This document shows, one piece after another, positions 44,486-53,127 of a stretch of DNA of 64,000 nucleotides. Both the position numbers and the translations under genes were made by a program. The stretch is taken from the NCBI GenBank assembly GCA_963637505.1, contig CAVHNP010000001.1, forward strand, positions 36,879 through 100,878. Direction: 5' to 3'. Every line of letters begins with the position of its first letter. Position 1 is the stretch's first letter. The notes under the pieces are model-generated. The model was not told the DNA's origin and searched no databases. It worked only from the letters and a program-made list of their open reading frames with translations. Source of the stretch: Prevotella sp. CAG:279. GTDB lineage: Bacteria; Bacillota; Clostridia; Lachnospirales; Lachnospiraceae.

Positions 44486-44597
44486 TTTAATTTCTGATTC
44501 TAAGTTACCCTTCTGTTTCTAAGTTACGTATCAGTAACTTTTCATGTAGACAAGAAGATTTGCCCCTCTGCTCGCACAAGTAAAAAGAAAGACCAGA

Positions 44598-44996
44598 TCA
44601 TATGACCCAGTCTTCCACTTTTAGATTTGGCACTCTGCTGAACTCACCAACATTATGGGTAATCAGAGTAACGCCAGCAGTCAGAGCCTGCGCTGCAATC
44701 TGAACGTCATATGGTCCGATTGGTGTCCCCTGCTTTTCAAGATAGCCTCGTAACCTTCCCGCAGAAACAGCATCATCTGACGAAAAAGGTAAAATAGTAA
44801 ATGGAGCTAAAAACATAGCAAGCTTTTCCCTGGTTCGATCCCCCCAGTTACTTTTCTCTGCCCCATACTCCAATTCAAAGACCGTAATAGAGGAAATCAG
44901 GAACTCAGATGGACTGTGTGCCAGGATTTTCTGTGAAAGTAAGGGATACCGATCTTTCATGAAATAAATACAGATATTGGTATCCAATAAGTACAT
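44598..44996 (-). CDS. vapC: PIN-domain toxin VapC
   Basis: 132 aa beginning MYLLDTNICIYF with conserved acidic residues. It overlaps the antitoxin stop. Confidence 0.85.
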   Translation of the reverse strand: MYLLDTNICIYFMKDRYPLLSQKILAHSPSEFLISSITVFELEYGAEKSNWGDRTREKLAMFLAPFTILPFSSDDAVSAGRLRGYLEKQGTPIGPYDVQIAAQALTAGVTLITHNVGEFSRVPNLKVEDWVI

Positions 44997-45232
44997 CAGA
45001 ATTCCTCTCTTTCAGCCACATCATCCCAGGACGGCTGCTTTCTCTCCTCCATAAATTCCTCGGAGAAAGTACCGATCACCTGACGAACCGGTGCCCACGG
45101 ATCCTTCACGGGATAAGCTATAAAAATCTCTCCCACCTTGTTGATGCAATATTCGTTTTCTTCCGTTCGCAACTCTTGCGGGATGCGAATCGCCTGACTG
45201 TTGCCGTTTTTGAAAACACGGGTCGTCATCAT
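44996..45232 (-). CDS. vapB: AbrB/SpoVT-fold antitoxin VapB
   Basis: Start at MMTTRVFKNGNSQAIRIP with an AGAGGTG RBS. Confidence 0.8.
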   Translation of the reverse strand: MMTTRVFKNGNSQAIRIPQELRTEENEYCINKVGEIFIAYPVKDPWAPVRQVIGTFSEEFMEERKQPSWDDVAEREEF

Positions 45233-45248
45233 ATGAATCACCTCTTTC

Positions 45249-45269
45249 GTGTGTACGATATGTGTGTAC
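45249..45269. promoter_or_regulatory. Direct repeat GTGTGTAC x2 (13-nt period) between the vapB promoter and RBS; candidate TA operator
   Basis: Read directly. The second copy forms the palindrome TGTACA. Confidence 0.4.
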
Positions 45270-45358
45270 ATCTATATTATATATTATCGTGGTGAAAAAA
45301 CAATCAAATTCTAATCATCTTGCAGTTTTTAAGCAAAAGTGTCTGATTGGTCGTTAAT

Positions 45359-45406
45359 CGAACACTTTAGATACTTTTCGAACACTATCGGTCACTTTAC
45401 GAACAC
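45359..45406. repeat. Three CGAACAC direct repeats at 20- and 21-bp spacing
   Basis: Copies are at 45359, 45379 and 45400. The third is part of the near-palindrome CGAACAC-CTA-GTGTCCG. Confidence 0.5.
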
Positions 45407-45439
45407 CTAGTGTCCGATAAACAAGAATCTCCTTCCCCC

Positions 45440-46435
45440 CTACTGCAGTAAAGCAAACTCATATCCCTTTTCCCTTGCCTGGTCGATAAAATCTCCCAGG
45501 ATCTGCGTATTGGTAGAACCGCTCAGATGAAGGAGATAGATTGCGCCCGGATGTAAGTCGTCCAGCAAAAGATCTAAAGCCGCCGCCGGCTCCATCTGCT
45601 TATTTGCATCATAATCATGATAAAAACTGCTGTAGAACACGGATTTATAATTGCAATTATTTACAATCGCCAGCCCTCTTTCAGACCAGTTGCCCGAAGG
45701 AAAACGGAAGAGATGCATACTGTAATCAAAATTCTCCAAAATATAATTATGAAGATCCATGACATCTTCTTCTGTAATCGCTACCGCTCCTTCCGCATCT
45801 GTCGGATGGCTCATCCCATGGTTTCCAAGTTCATGCCCTTCCGCGATCATCCTCTTTACCAAATCCGGGGCGCTTTTCGCATAATAACCAACGATAAAAA
45901 AGACTGCCGGAACCTCTTTTTCTTTTAAGATATCAAGCGCCTTGGCTGTATATCCCCCTTCATACCCAAGATCAAAGGTCAGATAAAGAAGAGGCGGCTC
46001 CGTATCTTCGCCGATAAAACAGGCCTGATACTTATCCCCGTATTTTTCCTGCATTTCCAGAGCCTCTATGGGTCTGTTTTTTTCATCGCTTGCCTTGCCA
46101 AGGCCCCATTCTCTGACCGTATTATCGAGACTATCTATATTTTCGATCGGTGTATTTTCAATGTAAATAGAGGTAACATTTCCCTTCGCATCCACACTTC
46201 CCTTGAGGCTTTCCGCCTCTGCCTTTTCTTCTCCGCTTCTCTCCCCGGCATCTGCACTGAGCATTTCTCCTGTCTGTCCCGCTGACTTTTTTTCCGCTTT
46301 TTGTATCTTTCCTACGATGAAATGGATTCCAAAAATCAGTAAGAAGAGAAATAAGGCCATCTCAGCTATGAGCAAACGCCTGCGAAGAATAGCCCTTCTT
46401 CTGCGCTCCCGCTTGCTCAGTCTTCTTTTTTTCAT
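45440..46435 (-). CDS. Polysaccharide deacetylase family protein (PdaA-like), N-terminal membrane anchor
   Basis: NodB-type motifs (TFDLGYEGG, HELGNHGMSH). Confidence 0.8.
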   Translation of the reverse strand: MKKRRLSKRERRRRAILRRRLLIAEMALFLFLLIFGIHFIVGKIQKAEKKSAGQTGEMLSADAGERSGEEKAEAESLKGSVDAKGNVTSIYIENTPIENIDSLDNTVREWGLGKASDEKNRPIEALEMQEKYGDKYQACFIGEDTEPPLLYLTFDLGYEGGYTAKALDILKEKEVPAVFFIVGYYAKSAPDLVKRMIAEGHELGNHGMSHPTDAEGAVAITEEDVMDLHNYILENFDYSMHLFRFPSGNWSERGLAIVNNCNYKSVFYSSFYHDYDANKQMEPAAALDLLLDDLHPGAIYLLHLSGSTNTQILGDFIDQAREKGYEFALLQ

Positions 46436-46552
46436 ACTGCTTTTCTCCCGATTGGTTTAACCCTAACATTTTGATTTTATCAAACCCATGGCATATGCTC
46501 AATTATTTTACGGTTTAAAAACAAGGAAAAATATGGAGGTTAGTCCTATACG

Positions 46553-46587
46553 AAAAAAGAGGAAGTGAACCTCCGTCCACTTCCTCT
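46553..46587 (-). terminator. Rho-independent terminator after the lipoprotein gene
   Basis: 10-bp stem agaggaagtg / cacttcctct followed by a T-run on the minus strand. Confidence 0.7.
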
Positions 46588-46635
46588 GCCCTGCCATGCT
46601 ATGGCAAATACGCTTTTCTAATATTCCTCTCTTTT

Positions 46636-48405
46636 CTAATCCTCCTGCTCCGCCGTCGGATCTTCCGTCTGAATAATATATCTTAGGCTCGACTTTGTCC
46701 CCTCTGCCGCACCTGAGAAGGAAATGCTTTGCCCCTCTGCTTCTCTCTGTTCCCGAATCTTCTGCACAATCTCTTTTAGATCATCTCCTGCCAGATCGCT
46801 CAGCTCCTGTATTGCTTCCCGATCGAACTCCTCAAAGCCGTCAGCCAGAGAATAAAGGCCGGCATTCAGACTGCTGTAACTCTCATTTAAGACAGCTCCC
46901 GCCGAAATCAAACTGTCCACACCGGACTGCAGGCTCTGCCACTCTTCCTCTGTAAAAAGACTGGCGGAATCCCTACTGCCCGTCTCTTTTCCGTCTTCCT
47001 TACTGCCGCTTCCTGTCAGGGAAGAGAGGCTCTCCAGCCGAGTCTGCATATCGCTGACTGCAGAAGTAATGCTTTCGATCTTTTCTGTATTCAAAAGACC
47101 CTCTTTTGCAGCTGCAATATCGGAATCTGCTCCGACAAGAGCCTCTTCTAAAGCAGCATAGTCTTCTGCCGGAATCTCTGTATGGAACTCCTTGAAGCTG
47201 CTGAGCGCATCCTTGGCTTCTGTAACATGGGATGAAGCCAGATCCAATTTACTGATCGCTGTCTGCTCCTCTGTTACCAGACTGGAAATGCTTGCTGCAT
47301 CGGCCGCGATGGCAGTCAGAGAGGCGGAGGCCTCTGTCAGCTGCGTCCCGGAGCTTTCCATTGCCGCAGATACCTGGCTCTTGATCGTATCCAGGCTGGT
47401 CAGCATGGTAGACAAGGCCTTATTTACACCGGAAACATACTGGTCTAAATAGCTGCCAAAGAGATCTGCCCCGCTTGCCAACTCATTGCTTCCGTCAAGG
47501 ATCTTAGAAGAAGCCTCGGAAAGATCCTCCATGTCATCTGTCATTTCATCGACATCCTCCAGATCCTCCTCTTCCAGCTCATTGAATAGACCGTCTGTCA
47601 CCAGAGTTGCCGAAAAATCCAGGCTGAAGTCTTCTGCATGGGCAGTGAATTCGACATATTCCGGAAGCTCCGTATTCTCTGTCACTTCCCAGTCATTCAG
47701 CTTCAAGGAATCCATAAATCCCGGCACGGCATAGCCGATCACGGCCTGAGTTCCGCTCAGCTCGGCCAGGCTGCCGTTTTCCACCTTTACATCCGTGAAA
47801 ACATCCTCCGGCAGGACCACCATGGTCATAAAGAGATAGGGCATCGTGACAGACTTCATTTCCCCATCCTTCTCAATCTCCACGCTTTGCCTATTCGTAT
47901 AATCAAAGCGAACCTTCACCTCACCGCTTGCTCCGGCGATCTCTTCCGGGCTAACCTTTTTCCCATTTAGATAATAACTCACGCTGACGCCGACCGGAAG
48001 AGAAGCATCTGACTCCCCTTCATAATGAATATCTTCTCCAAGGCTCTGCCAGATCAGCTGTCCATCATCGGAAAGCTGAAACTCCTCATCTCCCTCTGTA
48101 TTCCGAATCTCCTTCAGATTCGTCTGATCCAGGATAAAATCGCCACTTTCCGTCCCTTTCAGCAGGTCGCTGACGGTAATCTTTTTCGGATTACCCTCCG
48201 CATCTGCTTTTACCTTTACCGTCTCCTCTTTTTCTGTGGCTGGAACTGCTTTTTCGGCAGAAAAGACGATCTGCTTTTCTTCTGCAACAGCATTTCCTGA
48301 TGCACTGTCCCCACTTGCCGAGGCAGAGCCGCAGGCGGAAAGGAGCAGGGAAATCCCCAGCAGGGCAGCCAGAGGGATCGGATTTTTCTTTTTTCTATTC
48401 CACAT
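46636..48405 (-). CDS. Lipoprotein with a YhgE/Pip-like coiled C-terminal region, partner of the ABC exporter
   Basis: Lipobox LLSAC and repeated LxxGxxxL segments. It overlaps the permease gene by 11 nt. Confidence 0.6.
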   Translation of the reverse strand: MWNRKKKNPIPLAALLGISLLLSACGSASASGDSASGNAVAEEKQIVFSAEKAVPATEKEETVKVKADAEGNPKKITVSDLLKGTESGDFILDQTNLKEIRNTEGDEEFQLSDDGQLIWQSLGEDIHYEGESDASLPVGVSVSYYLNGKKVSPEEIAGASGEVKVRFDYTNRQSVEIEKDGEMKSVTMPYLFMTMVVLPEDVFTDVKVENGSLAELSGTQAVIGYAVPGFMDSLKLNDWEVTENTELPEYVEFTAHAEDFSLDFSATLVTDGLFNELEEEDLEDVDEMTDDMEDLSEASSKILDGSNELASGADLFGSYLDQYVSGVNKALSTMLTSLDTIKSQVSAAMESSGTQLTEASASLTAIAADAASISSLVTEEQTAISKLDLASSHVTEAKDALSSFKEFHTEIPAEDYAALEEALVGADSDIAAAKEGLLNTEKIESITSAVSDMQTRLESLSSLTGSGSKEDGKETGSRDSASLFTEEEWQSLQSGVDSLISAGAVLNESYSSLNAGLYSLADGFEEFDREAIQELSDLAGDDLKEIVQKIREQREAEGQSISFSGAAEGTKSSLRYIIQTEDPTAEQED

Positions 48406-50728
48406 TTTTCAAAGCCTCCTCCATCGGGATTTTTTTGATCTTCCGATATTCCAGAAAGGCAACCAGAAGATAGGTACCAAATCCCAAGGCGATCATTTCC
48501 AGATAGATCTTATTATCGATATACGGCGGGATCCAGCCGCTCATCTGTGTTGCAACGTAAGCCTTCCATACCCAGCTGACGGAAACAGCCTCAATCGGCA
48601 AGGACAGCAGGATCAGAAGAAAGGTTACGATTGTAGTCGGTCGGATATAGAGACTTCGGATCTCCGCATCCGTCATACCGAGAATCTTGGCCATGGAAAT
48701 GGACTGGGTATTTTTCTCAATGATCACCTTGGAAAGGAGGTAGATCAGGATCATAAACATAAGGATGCCAAAGGCATCCATGAGATACATGATTCCTCCC
48801 ATAGAGGTCAGCAGCTGTCTGGAGACCTTGGTCATGGACTCATAACTGATCACACTTCCGATATACTCCTGAGGAATATCCCTGATCTCCGTATCGGAAA
48901 AATAGCCGGAAAAGGTATCTTTCCCCAGATCAAAGGTCTCATTCAGCTCTTCCTGCGGCAGGAAAAGGGCAAGGGCGCTGTCCAGATCATAAATGCCCCC
49001 TACGACAAAGTCATAGCTCTTATCTTCAAAGCTCTCCTTCAGGCTGATCCGGTCTCCGATCTTTATCCCATACTTGTCCGCATAGGCAGAGGTGATCAAG
49101 ACCTCTCCCTTCTTCAGGTCGGCTTTAACATAGCGGCTGTCTTTTTGAATGCCGTAAAGGAGGATGGAATCCACAATATTCCCCTCCTTAGCCGGAATGG
49201 TATCCAGAGAATAGGCCGTGAATTTTTCGGCATCCTCGTTCTCTGTTTCTGCCTTTTGGGCATATTCGAGGAGATTCAGCATGCTGGACAGCTGATCATC
49301 CTCATCCAAGGCCGCAGAGGGAATCTGCAGGATATACTGATATTGGGCAATCATCATATCCGGAATACTCTCCTGATAATGGTTCAGGAGACTCGGCAGA
49401 ATCAAGCCATAGATCAATAGCAGATTTGCGAATAAGATCCCGACTGCCATCGTGACATAATTCGGAATATTCTGCAGGATTACCCTGATCCGGTATCGGG
49501 TGAAAAGCTTCATGCTTTCATTTAAATGAAGGGATCTGCTCTGCCTCTTTTTCTTCAGATCCCTTTTCAGAAATTTAAGAGGAGAAAGTGCCAGCTTCCT
49601 TCTCAGCATGAAATAAGTGATGAAAAGCATGAGCAGAATCGGCACCAGGGTCGTTTTCCAAAAGGCCTCCCCATTCCAGACCGTAACATAGGTCGGCAGG
49701 GAATAGCTTCCATAATAAATATCCGCACAGATATCTTTTAACAGGGTATAACCCAGAGCATTCCCCACAAGAGCCGAAAAAAGCGTAACCAGGAAGGGCA
49801 CCCTCATATAATGACGGATCAGTTCATTTTTGGTATAACCGGTTGCACGCAGGGTTCCGATCACGGCTGCTTCCTTTGTAATGGAAGCACTGATGGTCAC
49901 GGCAAATACAAAGGCCAGGATCCCGATAATGATATAGAGAAATACTGCCATCATGGCTGCATCTCCGCTGATATCCTCCCCTGCAAAGGTAATGGCCTGA
50001 TTGCTGTATTCCGGCGTAAAATCAAGAAGAGAGACCTGATCATTCAAGTCTTCCAGAAACTCTTCTGCCATCTCCTTCGCTTCTGTCTTATCCGCCGGAG
50101 ACTTCTGATATTTCCAGGCATACCGATACTTTACGCTTCCGCTGTCATAAGAGGCAAACTCCTCTTCCGATACAACTGCCACGCCAAAGAGGGTAGCATC
50201 AAACATGGTATCGCTGTTCTTCTCAAAGAGACAGCTGTAATCCGAAAAGGCCAAAAGACCCGTAATGGTCCAGCTCCTCTCTCCGGATCGAATCTCCTCT
50301 CCGACAGAAAGACCGTTATTATCCGCAAACATCCTGTCAATAGCGATCTCCCCTTCTTTTTCCGGCATTTTCCCCTTCATGATACAGATCTTATCTACCT
50401 GCTCTCTATCTTTGAAAAGGCGAAGCTTTGCCCCCGTATCCAGCTCCTTTTCCGTATAAAAAAGGTCATAGATGGACACCCCAAGCTTCTCTATCTGCTG
50501 CTTGGAATTGGCATTCAGCTTTCTTTCCGAGGTGAAATTTCCATCTTCTATATTGTATTTTTCAAATCCCTCCTGATAGGCAAGAACCATGCTCTTATCC
50601 GCCACCAAAAAGCCGGAAATGAGGCCGATCGAGGAAATCATCAAAAAGAAGATCACAAGGTACTTTCCCAGATCCTCCCTCAGCTCTCTCCAAACCCTGC
50701 CGTTCAGAGGGTTCCTTCTTTTCTTCAT
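48395..50728 (-). CDS. FtsX-family ABC transporter permease (two FtsX modules, MacB-like)
   Basis: 777 aa with two 4-helix bundles separated by large extracytoplasmic domains. Confidence 0.8.
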   Translation of the reverse strand: MKKRRNPLNGRVWRELREDLGKYLVIFFLMISSIGLISGFLVADKSMVLAYQEGFEKYNIEDGNFTSERKLNANSKQQIEKLGVSIYDLFYTEKELDTGAKLRLFKDREQVDKICIMKGKMPEKEGEIAIDRMFADNNGLSVGEEIRSGERSWTITGLLAFSDYSCLFEKNSDTMFDATLFGVAVVSEEEFASYDSGSVKYRYAWKYQKSPADKTEAKEMAEEFLEDLNDQVSLLDFTPEYSNQAITFAGEDISGDAAMMAVFLYIIIGILAFVFAVTISASITKEAAVIGTLRATGYTKNELIRHYMRVPFLVTLFSALVGNALGYTLLKDICADIYYGSYSLPTYVTVWNGEAFWKTTLVPILLMLFITYFMLRRKLALSPLKFLKRDLKKKRQSRSLHLNESMKLFTRYRIRVILQNIPNYVTMAVGILFANLLLIYGLILPSLLNHYQESIPDMMIAQYQYILQIPSAALDEDDQLSSMLNLLEYAQKAETENEDAEKFTAYSLDTIPAKEGNIVDSILLYGIQKDSRYVKADLKKGEVLITSAYADKYGIKIGDRISLKESFEDKSYDFVVGGIYDLDSALALFLPQEELNETFDLGKDTFSGYFSDTEIRDIPQEYIGSVISYESMTKVSRQLLTSMGGIMYLMDAFGILMFMILIYLLSKVIIEKNTQSISMAKILGMTDAEIRSLYIRPTTIVTFLLILLSLPIEAVSVSWVWKAYVATQMSGWIPPYIDNKIYLEMIALGFGTYLLVAFLEYRKIKKIPMEEALKNVE

Positions 50729-51426
50729 TACCAGTCCAGCTCCTCCGCCTTCACTTTCTCCCTGTTCAGCTGATCCGAACGAATTCTGCCGTCCTTCAGA
50801 TGAATCACCCGGTCTGCCATATATTTGATCGCATCATTATGTGTCACCATCAGAATGGTATTTCCATAGGTCCGGTTCAGGGTCTCGATCAGCTTCAGGA
50901 TCTCGATGGAGGTATGAAAATCCAGAGCGCCCGTCGGCTCATCGCAAAGCAGAATATCCGGATTCTTGATAATGGCACGACCAATCGCACATCTTTGCTG
51001 CTGTCCTCCGGAAATCTGATTGGGCAGCTTTCTCTGATGCTCCCAGAGTCCCAGGGTGTGAAGGAGTTCATCCGTATCCAGAGGCTTCTCGCTCAGATAG
51101 GCTCCAACCTCGATATTTTCACGCACTGTCAGGTTGGGAATGAGATTATACATCTGGAAAATATAACCCAGATGCTTTCTTCTGTATCCGGTGAGGGCTT
51201 TTTCTGTCATTTTGCCGACCTTTTCTCCCTCTATGCTGATTTCTCCACAGTCCGGCTGATCGATGCCGCCGATAATGTTCAATAATGTTGATTTTCCGGA
51301 GCCGGAAGGTCCTAGGAGAAGGCAAAATTCTCCTTTATTGCAAGCAAAGTCGATGCCCTTTAGGACATCGACCTTACTTTGACCTTCTCCGAAAGATTTT
51401 TTCAGATTTCTAACTTCGAGAAACAT
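50728..51426 (-). CDS. ABC transporter ATP-binding protein (MacB/LolD-type)
   Basis: Start at MFLEVRNL (GAGGAGAGA RBS). Motifs are GPSGSGKST, ISGGQQQR and ILLCDEP. Confidence 0.85.
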   Translation of the reverse strand: MFLEVRNLKKSFGEGQSKVDVLKGIDFACNKGEFCLLLGPSGSGKSTLLNIIGGIDQPDCGEISIEGEKVGKMTEKALTGYRRKHLGYIFQMYNLIPNLTVRENIEVGAYLSEKPLDTDELLHTLGLWEHQRKLPNQISGGQQQRCAIGRAIIKNPDILLCDEPTGALDFHTSIEILKLIETLNRTYGNTILMVTHNDAIKYMADRVIHLKDGRIRSDQLNREKVKAEELDW

Positions 51427-51516
51427 TTTTTCTCTCCTCATCGAAGATATCACTATTTCCATGGAATGAATCTTCAAGCAGCGCATTTCCAAAAGAAAAG
51501 GCTTTGCTCCGCTCTC

Positions 51517-51939
51517 TTATGATGCAACTGCTGCACCAAGGGCATTGCATTCTGCGATCGCGTCATCATCCGGTGCTTCATTTGCGATCACGCAGTCGTA
51601 GCATAACTGAACACCCAGATCGTCGCATTCGGATTCCCAGTTTCTCATCCACTCGCCGTCTCCCCAGCCATAGGATCCGAAAAGAGCTACCTTCTTACCA
51701 TTCAGCTTGCCCTTTACATCATCCCACATCGGCTGGAACTCGCTCTCCTCCAGAACCTCGCATCCCATGGAGGGGCAGCCAAAAGCAATGCCTGTATAAT
51801 CAGCAATCTTAGCTGCGGTAAAATCACCTGCAAAGATCAGATCCGCTTCAACGCCTTTTCCCTTTGCTCCGTCTGCAACCGCATTCGCCATTGCCTCTGT
51901 GTTTCCGCCGCCTGTCCAAAATACAACTGCTACTTTCAT
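51517..51939 (-). CDS. Flavodoxin
   Basis: 140 aa beginning MKVAVVFWTGGGNTE, with a short-chain flavodoxin pattern. Confidence 0.85.
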   Translation of the reverse strand: MKVAVVFWTGGGNTEAMANAVADGAKGKGVEADLIFAGDFTAAKIADYTGIAFGCPSMGCEVLEESEFQPMWDDVKGKLNGKKVALFGSYGWGDGEWMRNWESECDDLGVQLCYDCVIANEAPDDDAIAECNALGAAVAS

Positions 51940-51963
51940 TTTCTTTTTCCTTTCAATTTAAAC

Positions 51964-52515
51964 TCAGATCGATACGAGCAGGCCTTCTAAGCTGGTTCCC
52001 CTTCCCGAGCGCTCCTGATAATTTCTTGTACATCTGCGATAACGCTCAAAGGTACGTTCTGCCTCTTCCTGATTCCCGTATACTTTCCAGGTTCCCACGC
52101 TCTTACAGTTGCGCGCACTGTTTTCTATAAAGCCTTTTACATCTTCCGGAGGATAGCTCAAAAACAAGCCGATCTCATGAGGAAAATCCGCACTCTCCCT
52201 CAGCCTTCTTTTCAGCTCACATAGGCATTTTCCTACGCTCTCACAGGCATAACCCCTTTCCCGAAGCAGTTCCTGCACTTCCTTTCTGCAAAGGTCATCC
52301 TTTAACCTGCCCGGACGGTAAAGATATAAAAGTACTCTGCCCTTATCATAGTGCAAGGGGATCAGACAGATTCCCTTGGCACGAAGCCGCCTGTTATAGG
52401 TCTTCAGTTCATCTAAAAATACGGCACGATCCTCGGCCCGGACAGAAAAAAGGCTTCCTGTTTTGATGCCAGCCAGAGTTGGTGCTCCATGATCTATCAA
52501 TGTCTGATCTGACAT
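51964..52515 (-). CDS. DUF3793-family protein
   Basis: 183 aa; the sequence type is commonly found next to flavodoxin in Clostridia (family recognised from memory). Confidence 0.6.
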   Translation of the reverse strand: MSDQTLIDHGAPTLAGIKTGSLFSVRAEDRAVFLDELKTYNRRLRAKGICLIPLHYDKGRVLLYLYRPGRLKDDLCRKEVQELLRERGYACESVGKCLCELKRRLRESADFPHEIGLFLSYPPEDVKGFIENSARNCKSVGTWKVYGNQEEAERTFERYRRCTRNYQERSGRGTSLEGLLVSI

Positions 52516-52538
52516 AGAACCTCCGATTTTCAGGGGGG

Positions 52539-52566
52539 ATGTGGGTTAGAAAAATCTAACCCACAT
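52539..52566 (-). promoter_or_regulatory. 11-bp perfect hairpin in the 5' UTR of the DUF3793-flavodoxin operon
   Basis: atgtgggttag-aaaaat-ctaacccacat. No U-tract follows on either strand. Confidence 0.5.
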
Positions 52567-52615
52567 ATAAAAAAATAAAGATATCAGGTACTGTTAGCTC
52601 TCGCTAACTGTCGTT

Positions 52616-52643
52616 AGTATATCACATCTTTCGAAAAGGTCAA
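52616..52643 (-). promoter_or_regulatory. Promoter (-35 TTGACC, 16 nt, extended -10 TGATATACT)
   Basis: Counted on the minus strand. Confidence 0.5.
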
Positions 52644-52699
52644 TAGGTTTTTTAAGATTTTTTGCAAGTCCTTATGATAGCTATTTCCCTGGCCAGGCC

Positions 52700-52728
52700 T
52701 TGAAAGCAGCTTCTATCCGTGCTATTAT
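52700..52728 (+). promoter_or_regulatory. Promoter (-35 TTGAAA, 17 nt, -10 TATTAT) firing antisense into the 3' end of the 49-codon ORF
   Basis: Counted on the plus strand. No plus-strand protein gene lies downstream. Confidence 0.45.
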
Positions 52729-52734
52729 GATTCA

Positions 52735-52838
52735 TAAATAAAGAAGGTGCTACCGATAGACGGCTAGCCCTATGCTAAATCAAAACGACGGTCGTTCTAA
52801 TCTTTGCTAGGGATTTTCTAACGGCGGTCGTTTTTGTG
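52735..52838 (+). ncRNA. Candidate ~100-nt antisense RNA (putative type I antitoxin)
   Basis: Inferred from the promoter at 52700 and the weak hairpin + T-run aacggcggtcgttttt at 52820-52835. It overlaps the last ~20 nt of the small ORF and its 3' UTR. Confidence 0.3.
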
Positions 52839-52967
52839 TGCATCTCGATGTCCTTCGCCTTCCTTCTCGCTGATATATCTTACAATCTTTTCAACGAGTT
52901 TTCCGACTGTGATTCCAAAACCAAATACTGCAAGGATAAATCCTGCTAATGATATGCAATCCATCAT
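52818..52967 (-). CDS. Unannotated 49-aa hydrophobic peptide (candidate type I toxin / small membrane protein)
   Basis: Hand translation gives MMDCISLAGFILAVFGFGITVGKLVEKIVRYISEKEGEGHRDAHKNDRR. An AAGGAGGG RBS lies 10 nt upstream. It falls below the 60-aa track cutoff. Confidence 0.5.
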   Translation of the reverse strand: MMDCISLAGFILAVFGFGITVGKLVEKIVRYISEKEGEGHRDAHKNDRR

Positions 52968-53097
52968 ATTTGCATCACCCTCCTTTCTTTATCAGCTATT
53001 GCTGCCAGGAGGGCTTTTCACATCCCTCCTTCATATAAAAGAAGGGCCAGCCGCCTACCGTTTCATGGTAGCACCCTGTCTCTTTCGAGACTCTTAC

Positions 53098-53126
53098 AGA
53101 ATATCAAATTTTATAGCCATTGGCAA
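53098..53126 (-). promoter_or_regulatory. Promoter for the small-ORF mRNA (-35 TTGCCA, 17 nt, -10 TATTCT)
   Basis: Counted on the minus strand, immediately after the degV stop. Confidence 0.4.
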
Positions 53127-53127
53127 T

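Noticed and set aside
44499-44545. Direct repeat TTCTAAGTTAC x2 plus inverted AAGTTAC/GTAACTT between vapC and the 372-aa gene.
   Set aside because: It is short and AT-rich, could be a weak vapC terminator or a promoter element, and no function can be supported from sequence alone.
48236-50773. 394-aa and 320-aa plus-strand ORFs antisense to the FtsX permease gene.
   Set aside because: These are shadow frames of a strongly supported minus-strand membrane protein, with no recognisable motifs.
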